A stretch of DNA of 64,000 nt from Raillietiella orientalis. Its lineage: Eukaryota. Shown in pieces: positions 38,057-48,939 of the stretch (positions are counted from its first letter, which is position 1; every line of letters starts with the position of its first letter). The notes beneath the pieces are model-generated. The model was not told where the DNA came from, did not search any database, and worked only from the letters and a program-made list of their open reading frames with translations. The position numbers and the translations under genes were made by a program. The stretch spans positions 3,968,001 through 4,032,000 of the forward strand of contig JAYWIR010000008.1 in NCBI GenBank assembly GCA_036172245.1, in the 5' to 3' direction.

Positions 38057-38785
38057 TTTTTGGGGGAGCGGTTCGCCAAGTGCTGAAGAACCGTTCGCCC
38101 GGTGGCCCGCGAAGATCTTTACTGCTGTTCGACGCCACTCGAGGGTGCGTGTAGTTCTTCAAGTTACAGGGGTAACCCCGTAGAAACCACCCTATGAATC
38201 CAGAAAGGGCTCCGAAGGAAGGAGTCCGTTCCTCTTACTCTTGGGAGGAAACTTCGATGGGAACCCTCTCCCTGTTTGTCTCCTAAGGGAACCCCGAAGG
38301 GAATTTCCTCTTCCTTATTCTCTCCGGAGGGACCCACAAGTCCGCTTCCTACACCAGGAAGCACAGGAACTACAAGCAGTTCCATTATTTCTTCTCTGAA
38401 GAGATCCCCAAAATGATTTTCTCCTGGAATTTCTTATACAGAGGGATCCCCTGGAAAGGAGCCGCTCCTTGTTTCCTCCTCTGAAGAAAACCCCGAAGGG
38501 ACGCATCCAGATTTTCTCCTGAAGACCTCTCCCCGAAAGGAACCGATCCCTTGATTCCTGGAAGAACCCTGGAAGATCGGCTTCTAATACCGGCCAGTCA
38601 ACGGGTGTATCCTGTTTCCGGATTCTACCAAAGCCTATAGGTCAACCAGAGTGATCCCTCAGGGAAGAGACTCTCAGCCCACGAAGCACCCCTGATCTCG
38701 GAGTCGATCCTTCCTTCCTCGAATGGGATTCGCAACGCTTGGTGCCACACGCGGAGACCGCAGCCACGCTGCCGCCAACGCGGGC
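38057..38785 (-). mobile_element. tRNA-headed SINE-like element, copy S2 (near full length)
   Basis: Head GCCCGCGTTGGCGGCAGCGTGGCTGCGGTCTCC...GCGAATCCC; body repeats; tail TTCAGCACTTGGCGAACCGCTCCCCCAAAAA. Confidence 0.9.
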
Positions 38786-39411
38786 TCGATCGACAGTTTC
38801 CTGTGCTTCCTGGTGGAAGACACGGACGGCAGTTCCTCCTCTCCTTTCCCCTGGCTGTCCCTACTAGAACCCTCTCCCCACTTAGAAGGATGGAAGGACC
38901 AGGTGCTTTGCCTCCTCGGAGAGCCCAAGCTCAGGGGTCGCCCTCACTCCTTCTTAAGGATGGTTTGCATCTTCTCCCCAGTTGAATTCGCCCTTCTCAC
39001 CACTCGCCCCTAAAAACTGAAGAGACTTCGGGGACTATGAGGTCCTCGGAAAAAGTGGTAGTCACCTGTACCCGGCTTCCCTGCTCCATGGACTCGAGTT
39101 GGGCGTGATTTTTTTTTTCCTCGGCCACGATGAATTGAAGTCTGCTTGTCTCGCACTAGCAGGGCACAGAAAGGCGGGTCAAAGGGAGGTGGCGCACCCA
39201 CGATCGCCGATGCGCGTGAACGGACGCCAGCGTGAGACAGGACGTAGATTTGGTGGTTTTCCTAGCCAAACAGAAACAAAAGTGCGTGTGCACCACAGCC
39301 ATGCTCACTCTCGGGGGTCTCTCGTAAACGTGGAGGGCCACGCCTAAGCAAAAAGCCAATTTTGACCGCGTCCCTGGACGTTTACCATTGTTGTAGGAGC
39401 ACTCGAGTGCA

Positions 39412-39560
39412 ATGAGTTCATCTCCCCACTGTGACGTTAGTGAGACTGCGATGAGTTGCTGTGATTGCCACGAGGCATTTAAAAGAACGTGCGTCGGATA
39501 TCTGCAAGACACGTACGATGACATCTCCCTTGAGTGCCCACTCGGAGGCGTAAATCATTG
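39412..39560 (+). pseudogene. PHD-finger-like relic, probably LINE (CR1/L2) ORF1 N-terminus
   Basis: AMSCCDCHEAFKRTCVGYLQDTYDDISLECPL resembles the PHD CxxC-x4-HxxCVG...WxCxxC with degenerate positions. Confidence 0.55.
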
Positions 39561-39654
39561 CTGTGAGATCCACGAGGCAGATCCGACCGCACCATCAGCT
39601 GGGAATGATCACCGATGACCCTGTGAGATCCGTGTGGGTGCCACCAACCGCAAC

Positions 39655-40659
39655 GTGATCGCGCGTTCACGGGGATGGCGACCACGTGAGCAGCTGGCTG
39701 CTGGTTGGTCACAAGACCCGCGTGAGAGCGCCGCCTCGGGACTGGAGGATTCCCGCGCGCTCTTCCATGAGCACCGCGACGTCCGAACCCTTGTCGCGCG
39801 GTCCGCGCCGTCGCCGCGGCAACGGCCACGCCGGCAGGGAGATCGCGGGCGAGTACTGGCGCGGTGGGAACGACTGCTCTTCGAGATCGCCGTGCTGGGA
39901 AGCGTGGACCTACTGCCGCTCTTGCGAGGAGGATGGCAGCTCCGAAACGGGGTGGCGGGAACGAGGGCGGAGGGGAGGTTCCGGAAGGCTTGCTGAGGCC
40001 GCGTAGGCAGCGAGGAGGTCGGTGGAACGATCGCGGCGCGCCTGTCGGGGATGCGGGTCGTTTTTCCTGGAGCCTTTTGCAAGCGCTCGGGTCGTCGTGC
40101 CGGAAGCAAGGGTGGATTCCGCGTGCTCCCTCACCTCCACGCTGGCCTGCGGGCGCACTGCTCGACGAGGAAAGCTTGACGGGGTCTGGAGTGCGGATGC
40201 TGATCTGTCATCATCTCTTCGTCGAATGCGCGATGGCCAAGCAGTCCGATCCCTGGAGACGATTTCCCCTCGAACTTATAACACACGACAGCAGCAGCAG
40301 CAGCAGCTGTTCTGCTGCATCGGGAGTGCTCGAGAAAGCAAGTCCGGATGCAGTGCGAGTCACGGATTCGCGCTGCCAGTCTGTCTACCACAACTCGGTC
40401 GTTGCTAAGAGGACGTGTCCTCTTGGTGCGCCGTGGCTGGCGAAGGCGACGTGTGTGTGCCGTGGGCGACTTCTGGACTCTGAAGCTGCCGGCTGCAAAT
40501 GGCAAAGATGGCGGGTACGGAAGGGTTGGCACGTGGGACCTTGAGGCGGTTCCCCCACCAGCGTGTTTCGGGGGCTGTACTTGGGGAGGTTCGGTGGGCA
40601 CGTACGGGTGGGGCGGGTTGGTCAGGGATAGGCTCACGAGAGGGGGGCGCTGATGTCGG
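39655..40659 (+). repeat. 1,005-bp direct duplication, copy B; contains SGNH-esterase-like ORF1 relic
   Basis: Matches 31-1035. Frameshifted motifs VGDA (40041), VVVPEARVDS (40091), VGDFWTL, and RKGWHVG (about 40518) parallel the GDS, PGA and DGxH blocks of LINE ORF1 esterases. Confidence 0.95.
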
Positions 40660-40799
40660 ATCCGCGAGCATGGTTCCCTCGAAACGGCAGGGCGTTGGTC
40701 GAAGGCCACTTTTGCTGTTTGTGTGGGCACACAGGCATGCCGATGAGGGTCATCTCTGATTTTCTGGGACTCCTACATTCTTTTGCATCTTTTTAGGCA

Positions 40800-41130
40800 A
40801 TTTGATCAGCATCCGTGGAGGCGAATGCATCCTGTTCCAGCAGCGGAATCAGCACACATCAAGGTCATCCGAGTAGGAGGAGGAAGCGGAAGGAAGAATG
40901 TTCTTAAAGACAGAGCATGATGGATCAAATGATGATCTGGTTGAGGATTCACTAAGCTTCCAAGGTTCGCTCGTTCCGGACTATGGATAGCTCCTGCGAA
41001 GAGGATCTGTGAATAGAACAGGCACTTGCCTCCTAGATGAGAGGGAAGAAGGCGGAAGTCCTCTCGTTTCCCTGATGTCTCTTCCAAGCCAGAGCAAGAG
41101 TTGAGTGGGACCTCCAAGAGCGATGACCAA
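40800..41130 (-). mobile_element. Decayed RT relic (CR1/Jockey-like)
   Basis: EVPLNSCSG (GVPQGSVLG-like) followed by ILFAGA (LFADD-like). Confidence 0.4.
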
Positions 41131-42599
41131 GCGTTGCCTGGTCCTCATCCCTTTGAATCTCTTCTTAGCTCAGGTCACAGAGAGAAAATGCGTCCAGGAG
41201 GGACACCTGGAAGCGCTGACGAAGCGGCTGGTCTAGGAAGGAGAAATGGCATTTCAAGGTCGCGCTCTTCAGTTCCTCCAGTGGAGACGTACCGGACTGG
41301 TGCGAAGAGATGGAGGTGCGCTCGCTCGCTCTTGGAGACCCCAACTCGCCTCTTGAGGTGGCGCTGCTGCTGTGCGTGAAGCGCTCCACCACGTGGGCTC
41401 CGTGCGGGCTCAGCTCGATGCCGCCTAATCCGTATCGGAAGCGGGCCGCTGCTGCCTCTCCTGCACCTCCTGGTCCTTCCTCGAGGAAGAAGAAAGGGGA
41501 GTCGGGGGACGGCGGCGGCGTCCTGTAGGATACCCCTTTTGCAGTTTCGGGCCCCTTTTCCGAAACTGAGGGATGCGGCCAGGGCCTTCTGTCTGGACCA
41601 TAGCTCTCCCTTCGGGATTCTCCCGTTCCTGCTGGAGTCTTTGCCGCCACCGCGGAGAGTCATCAGGCGAGGCGCCTCCACCGACTCCTTCTGTCCACTA
41701 ATCCGCCGCCATAAACCGCGGCTTAGAGACTTCGGGGCGCCTCTCTGCATCCCGCAGTGAAAGCGTCGGAGAAGCGCGGGCTGGAACGCTAGCTACCGGG
41801 ATCTCATCGCGAAGGCTTTCCGTCATCTGTCAAAGGGATGAAGGTCCGAGGAATCCGAGGAATCCGGGGAGAATGGGGAAAGGGATCGAGTTTGTTGCCA
41901 GATGTCCGCGAAACCCCGGGACGCCAGCAGGAAAGATGCTCCGGAAGGGAGAAGGTTGCAATGCGACGTTTGGAGGACGGCGAAGGAGCTTCCTCTCCGC
42001 GAAGAGGAAGGAGGAACGCATCCGGACGCCCCTCCCACTAGAGGGCGGTCCTTTCGTAGAGACACACCTTCCTGCCGGTAGTGGAGGCACGCCCAGGAAC
42101 CCCACTCGCCTCTCCTAAGCAGCTATTCGGATCCCGCCGTGGGTTGTCCGTCCCAGAAGATGGAGGGGCATCCTTCATCCCTCTCTCTGCCCTTATTGGG
42201 ATCGTCCTCCTACCCCCCCATCCCCCTATCCCTCTCTGTCTTGACAGAGTCGGCATCTCGGGAGGAGAGCCCTAGGATGACCAGCTCGCAGTCTGCTAGG
42301 ATGCAGCCAGATGGAGCCCCGGCTCGCATGGGCCACTCCCTTCCAGTTTCAGCCACTCCACGAGACTGCAGGCCTTAAACCCTCTGCCCCCCAATTGACC
42401 CACCAGCCGTCCCTAGACATGGATGAACTGCGCACACCTCAAGGATCACAGCGTCTCCCTGGACCGGCTGCGAGCGCCGCAGGTCCCTCCTAGGAGTGCC
42501 TGCGCTGCGCACTCGGGAACCGCAAGAGGGCGCTGAATGATCGGGATGCTCGGCTCACCCTTCTTACTCCTCTCCCCCTCCCCAGTGATTGTTGCCGTC

Positions 42600-43170
42600 G
42601 CTATGCCCGCACCCTCGCGGAGTTGCGACAGGATGAGTCTGGAGGTGACGCACTGTCGCCGAGCGATGGATCCCTCTCCGCCATCACTGTCGTCTCCCAC
42701 CAGCGCAGACCCTGGACCAACTTGCAGGTGAGTGCTGCATGCGGGCTGGCCGACCACCCACTCTCGGTCGGCCGCGTCTCTCCTTGCCCCCTGCGCATCC
42801 TGGACTCCGGGAACGAAAATCCTTCCCCTCCGGTCCACGACATTATCTTCCCGGGACCCCCCATACGAGCCATCCTCTCATCACGCACGGATGAAGAGGT
42901 TGCTCCCCTGTTCGGACCGTCTTGTTTGACCCCGTTCCGGGGTGGCGCTGAAGCCGCTCGCCGGGAAAGCAGTGAGACGTCCCGAGGAGCGCGTGGTTTG
43001 ATGTCCTTGCGGATCCCGAAGGCAGGAATATCGACTGGACCCTCGCGGCGTCCGCTCGGTGATCCCAATGTCGCGAAGTTAGCGGCCGTGGCTGATTTCC
43101 ATGCTGACCCGGGGATAAGGTCGCCTTGGACCACGTAAGAGCTGCCGTCTAAGAGTTTCCTTTCCGCGAT
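42600..43170 (-). pseudogene. Possible decayed APE endonuclease relic
   Basis: SYVVQGDL (GDFN-like) followed by DAADREWVV (IDR-like); weak. Confidence 0.3.
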
Positions 43171-45218
43171 TGTCGCGACCGGAGGACCCCCGGGAGAGCG
43201 CGTTTGGATTGCACCAGCCTCGAGCTGCTCTAGAGGCATCCGCCGCTCCCTCCAACGTACCTGTTCGCTTCTTCCAGAGTCCTTCAAGAAATCCTAGTCC
43301 ACTGGGACATCGGGTTGCCTGGAGACCGCCCGAATCTCCTCCTTCGGACCCAGGAAGGAGCGAAAAGGTGAGCCAGAGGGGAGGTGCCGCGGTCTTTTCG
43401 AAAGGTCTCGGCTGCAGCCATCCCGGGTCGAACGAAGTGCCGGGCTAGAGTCTTCGGTAGCGGGTCCGAAAAGATGCTCCGCAGCGAACCTCTTGTTCGG
43501 GAGGGATCCCCCCCACACGGGGGCAAGGGGTCGTGAGGGAGCCCGGGGACTGTTGCATCTGCAACAGCAAGAAAAAGGAACAAAAGAACGGCACAGAGCG
43601 ATGGAGAACGGAAGATTGACCGCAGATGACAGCAAGTCAGCGACCGACCGGAGCGAGACCAATTCATAACGGTGCGAACAGGCAGACGGCAGATGAATGA
43701 CAGATAGGCGGATCAACAGCCGAGAAAAAAGCAAATGATAACGATAGCAACAGGATGGAACCACGGAGAGCGGACCGAGAGCGGGCCATAACGGGACAGC
43801 GCAAGAATAACAAACAGATTGCGGCGGATATGAAGAGGCCAACAACAGTTCGTGGCAGCAGAAATCATCTCGTGATGAGGCGGAGGCAGGTCGGTGACAG
43901 ATGCGTCCGCCTGGCTGCCCGGGGAGCTCAGAAGCAGCCAGCCGACCTGCAGGCGCCGAACGGAGGTGCGACGAAATTCCCCTGCCCCGGCGACGGGCCA
44001 GTGACCGGCGGAAGAGCGACCTGACGTCACCATAGCGCAGGTACGTAAGAAGCAGCGGCCGCTGGTGCCGTGGCTCCCAGGGCACGACGACAATCGCCCG
44101 GCAGCTGCGTGAGTGGAGCTGTGGACGGGCGATGGACCAGCGAACGAAGGGACGAGAGGGGCGAGCCCCAAAAAAAAGACGAAGGGGGGAGGGGAAGAAT
44201 GTACCCGGAGGTGCGCAGCTGCTGCCGCCATGACGACCCCTCCTCCCCCTAGGGAACCTCCGGCTTTGGGGTAGAGAGGACAGCAAATTTTTCGTTGTCC
44301 TCAAGATCGGAGTGGATGCTGCGCGTGTCTTCTCTTCCTCCTCCCCTTCCCTCCCGTTCGTCTCCTGACGCGCGCGCGGTGCTTCTAGCTTCACCGACGT
44401 CACTGCTTTGGCTGCTACCGCCAGCGTCTCCCTCCCTGAGTTGCGTCCGGCGGCGAGCGGATGCCCGGGAGGATCTCCTGGCGAAGGAGACGGTGCTCAA
44501 TGCCCTGCTGGTGCAGAGGAGGAGCGAGAAAGAAGAAGGGAAGCGCGCCGTTCGTCCCGATCCCGCTCGCTTCCGGGTTCTTCCCGGGGCTTTTGGGATG
44601 GCTCTCGTCGGAGGCAGGTTCGAGGTGGCTCGGATTGGCGGGGAAATGGAAGAGGGGGAGGATCGCGCGTGTTCGCTCGCGGGGATTTGAACTCTCTGCT
44701 TGCGCCCCACCTACCCCATCCCCCCCGAGGGCCCTCCGCCCGGAAGACCCGCCGTGGCCGTGCGCACGCGCCCCGCCCAAGCACGCACGTCCTTTTGTTT
44801 TGCTCTGCCGTTTTCCTCCTCCTCTTTTTGTGCCTGCGAGGCTCCCCAGCTCGTTGCTGCTTCATTTACAAGCAGCGATCCGTCACAGTGACAACGCACC
44901 ATCTCCACGAGGGGTCGGGCAGATTGGCTGCTGATTTATCGACTTGTAAAAACGCGCTCGCCCGTGAAGGCCGCGTGACCGCTCCTTCAGGGCGGACGGA
45001 CCGGCGGATCGCTCGGGCCAGCCGTCCTCCGGCGCCGCGGACCACGAAGGGCCCGAGGGTCTCAGGAGTTTCGGTTCCTTGGGGCTGACAACCTCGGCCC
45101 TCGTGTGCACTGACGGGAAGAACATGGAGTCGGAGGCTCGTCACGGCACCGTCACCAGGCACTGCCTACTGCACCAGCGAGGAAACGTCCACCAATCCCC
45201 TGGTGCCCATTTTCGTGT

Positions 45219-45878
45219 GCCCGCGTTGGCGGCCGCGAGGCTGCGGTCTCCACACGCGGTACAGAGCGCCGTGGGTTCGAATCTCTCCCGGGGAGGAAGG
45301 ATCGACACCGAGAACGGGGAGTGCATCGTGGACTTCGAGTCTTTCCCGCAAGATGACGCTGGTTAGCCTCGGGTGGCTTCGGGTGCGCCCCCTGGTGGAA
45401 ACTGGACGTCCCCGTTGGTGGCCAGGGATTGGAAGTCGACCCTCCGGGATCCTTCCAGGAACCATGGAACCGTCCCCCTTCGGGATTCCCCCTCCAGTTA
45501 TGAAAACGGAGACGTTCTCTCCTCCTTCGGGGGGTGACCCTCCATCTCGTACCAATGGAACTGGTTGATACCCCCCTCGGGGGTTGCTTTCCCTGGTGTC
45601 AAGAAGTACACTTCTCCCTTCGGGAAGCGCAATTCAGAGAGAAATTCAGGGAAAGGGTCCCTTCGGAGTCCCCTTCTGAGGAGGAAACGGGGAACGAGGA
45701 TCCTTTCCAGGGGGTCCCTCCGGAGAAGAAAGTAGGAGCGACCTCCCCAAACCAGGAGTTCCTCCAAAAATAACAAGGAAGGGGGGTTCCTTCCCAAGTG
45801 TGAGAGGAACGGAATTCCTTCCTCCGGAGCTTTCCTGGATTCGTAGGGTGGTCCCCTCCCGGGGCACCCCCTATCTTC
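45219..45878 (+). mobile_element. tRNA-headed SINE-like element, copy S3
   Basis: GCCCGCGTTGGCGGCCGCGAGG...GGGTTCGAATCTC (A- and B-box-like), aagatgacgctggtt, internal repeats. The last part of the tail is not recognisable. Confidence 0.9.
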
Positions 45879-47149
45879 CTGTCGGTATCTGCTCCCTGGA
45901 CCACCGAACCTTCTGGGGAGGCAGCAGCCTGCTGAAGAGTATTCCTTAGAGTCTGGAATCCGTCTGGGCGGCTCCATGACGAGTGACCTTGCGCTCTTCA
46001 CGAAGGACACCGCCGGCATCGTCAGAGAGGACTGACTAGCTGACCACCCTTCAGTTTCTGAACCCGTGGGTCGAAAATCTCAAGCGCAAGCTCACACCTG
46101 GTGGATTATCCACAGAGACAGGGGAGGCATCCCTCGAGGTGGACGCCGCAACCTTCCAGCTGCCCGTGAAACTCCAAGGAGTGAGGGTGGGAAGAGGGGA
46201 TGGGGAAGGACACATTCCCCTCCCCTTCCCCATCCCCATCCTTCCCCGAGTCCCGTCCAGAACTGCCTGAGAGCGGACGGCTCAAAGCGCCAGCTCAGGT
46301 GGTGCGAAGGGCTGGTCTCCCTGGGACAGCGCCCACGCACATCATCCCAGCTGCTGCTGGCGCCGCCGGTGACCTTGAACCTCAGCCAGCCGAGACGAGC
46401 GGAGGGAGGGAGGCGCGCGCACTCAACCCTCTGCGACCTCGGCGGCGGCGGTGGCGCTCATCGTCGCCTGCCGCGCCCTCCCGCGTGCGAGAGAACCTCC
46501 CGACAGGCGCCCCTGCCTCCGCAGCGTTCGCGCGCTTCCCTCTCCTCTTCCTTGTCCCCGGGAAAGGGAGAGGGGGAAGGTGTGCGCGCGTCGGGAAAGC
46601 GTGGGTCCTCCGTGGATCCGTCAGAGGGACTTCCTCAGCAAACGCGTCCCTCCTCTCCTTTCCCTGTTTGCCCAGCAAAAAGCATTTGTTTTGGGGGAGC
46701 GGAAATTCAATTCAACAAAGTGCCCGGGAAGGGGCTCTCCTCCCCTCCCCCTCCTCCCGATCAAGGGATTACGGCAGCGCTCCCCGCTCCCCTCAACGAC
46801 ACCTCCATTACGGTCTTCCGCGTTCGGGAAGAGAGCGCTTTCTTGGAACCGTTCCTGCTCTACGGCCTCTTTTGCATGCGACCGCGCCGCGGAGCCGCCA
46901 CCGCGCCAGGAGCGCGCGGAGGGGATCGCCCCTCTGCCTCGTTTCGATCGCGATCACTCCCCAGCTACCCCTGCCATGCCGAGGGGCAGCGGCGGAAGTC
47001 TCTGGAAAAACGCCCTGGATGCGACTAATCCGGAGATGTGGTAGGCGCGAAAACTCGGTCTCTCCCTTCCTCCCTCCTCTCCCGGACGTTGGGAAAGGGA
47101 AGAGGGAGGGGGAGGAAAGGATGAAGAAATTGGGTCTCCCTGTCCTTCT

Positions 47150-47450
47150 CCCTTTATGGACGGGTCGCAGAATCTTCCATCGAGAGTCTCGCCGCTCCTC
47201 CATGGAGGGAATGCTCCACTGGGCGGGCAACGCGTACCTGACGTTTGAAATCCTCCGGGCAAAGCGGAGGGTGACCACGTATTCGTGCTGCTGTCCACTG
47301 CCGTCCAAGAAGTATTTGGCTCGGAGAAGACGCCCCTCCGCCTCCAAGCCAGACTGCTAAGAACTGGTGCAGGTCACCCACGCTCCAGATTCCCAGACAC
47401 TTCAGGATGGCCGGTCGTCGACCCGAGTTCAGCCCTGAAGCCGCCCCCAC
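47150..47450 (-). mobile_element. Decayed CR1-like RT C-terminal relic
   Basis: RPAILKCLGIWS...WSIPSMEERRDSRWKILRPVHKG resembles RPxLEY..WSP...SLExRR....KIxxG. Confidence 0.45.
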
Positions 47451-47574
47451 GCGGTGGTCGGCCTGCGTCCCGAGGACGAACCTCACGAAATCCGGAGAGG
47501 AGGAGAACCGCCTCCTCTGGCGGGAGCGGATAGCTTTAGCAGCCAGCTGCGAAGGCACGGATCGAGGTCGATTG

Positions 47575-47930
47575 CCACCCGGGGGTTCCGGGGAGTTTCT
47601 TTCACATAAAAATGAACATTTACGCTCTCTATGGTTGGACCAGTGGTGCAATAGCGTTCCTTTTAGAGCAAACCTGCCGCGTTACCGGTGTGCCGACCGG
47701 CGAGGTCCACCACAGCAACACGGGAGGGGGGGGAGGAGACCAAACAAAAAGAGAAAAAGGAAACTAAAGCAAAAATAAATAGATAAATTCGGGGGAGTGC
47801 GGGAAGGGATCACGTACTGCTGGGAGCAGTCCTCTGCATCCCTTAGAGGATGACGGCAAATTCTTGCTGCACTCTGTCCCTCGGGTAGGGCTATCTTGTT
47901 GCCATTCTCATTAAGAGGGCGGCGAAGTGG
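47575..47930 (-). mobile_element. L1/Tx1-like LINE short 3' fragment, copy 4
   Basis: Minus strand VQQEFAVIL, gtgatcccttccc, T-rich UTR and cctcgccggtcggcacaccggtaac, matching the 3'UTRs of copies 1 and 3. Confidence 0.75.
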
Positions 47931-48420
47931 ACGTGGCACCCCTGTCGCTCCGCCCTCCCCTTGCATCGCTCCAGGAAGTTACCACCCCGCATAGACAGCA
48001 GGGAGCCTCTGGAGAGGCTGCCGCACGAAGGGCGCCGCGAACGAGGAGGGGTTTCAGAGAGGGGATCGAGTCGAGGCAGCTGCTTCGCAGCCAGAAAGCC
48101 CCCTGCGAGACGGCGAGCGCCGTCCGGTCCCCCGACCCTCCTCCTTGCCTTCTTCCTCTTCCCTGGAAAAGCAGCCTTCCTGGGGAGGGCTCGATCCCTT
48201 CGCGGGAGAGGATACATGCCCCTACCTACCTCTACGGGGGCAGAAGCACCCAGAACAAGGCGTGATCGCAGGCTGCACTTCAGCAGCATCGGGATCCGCT
48301 TGCGTCACCAGGGCAACGGGGATCCTCGTCCAGCAAGGGTGTTTCTTCACGAGCGCCCCCACAATAGTCTCTACCTTTCTTCTCGCCTCGGCCTCATGTC
48401 TTCCTCTTGCTCTCGGTAGG

Positions 48421-48939
48421 GAAAACCCCGAAAGGTGCCTCTTCTTTGTTTGCTCCACAGGGACTTCCCAGTTTGTGGAGGCCGATCCCTCACTTCTTTC
48501 CGGAGGGACCCCCTTGATGGAGGAAGGAACTCCTTGTTTTCTTCTCCAGAGGGAACCCGCAAGGGGTCCGCTCCTGGTTTCCTCCTCTGAAAGGGACCCC
48601 GAAGGAAGCAGCACGCTTCTTCACACTCTGGAGAGGTTCCGATCCACCAGCTCCATGGTAAGAGGGTCCCTCCAGAGGGTTCATTTTCACAAACGGGGGG
48701 GAACCCGGAGGGAATCTCGATTTCTGGAATGATCCCGGAGAGTAAACTTCCATTCCTGGACAGTCATCGGAGGCATCCTGTTTCTGGCTTCCACCAAATC
48801 CTATAGGCCAACCAGCGTCATCTTGAGAGTTGGGGGACTCAAAACCCACTACGCACCCCCCGTTTTGATCCTTCCCTGGGCAGGATTCAAACCCAGATGG
48901 ACCAAGCCCGGTGCTTCCGCGCGCGGCCGCCAGCATGGG
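48421..48939 (-). mobile_element. tRNA-headed SINE-like element, copy S4 (3'-truncated)
   Basis: GCTGGCGGCCGCG...GGGTTTGAATCCTGCCC, aagatgacgctggttggcctatagg, internal repeats. Confidence 0.85.

Noticed and set aside
31..40659. The two 1-kb direct repeats as LTRs of a 40-kb element
   Set aside because: No TG...CA ends, PBS/PPT, TSD or gag-pol, and the repeat content resembles LINE ORF1.
40850..41050. Ionotropic receptor M3-like peptide (ILFAGAIHSPERANLGSL)
   Set aside because: The upstream EVPLNSCSG plus LFAGA spacing fits RT GVPQGS/LFADD better.
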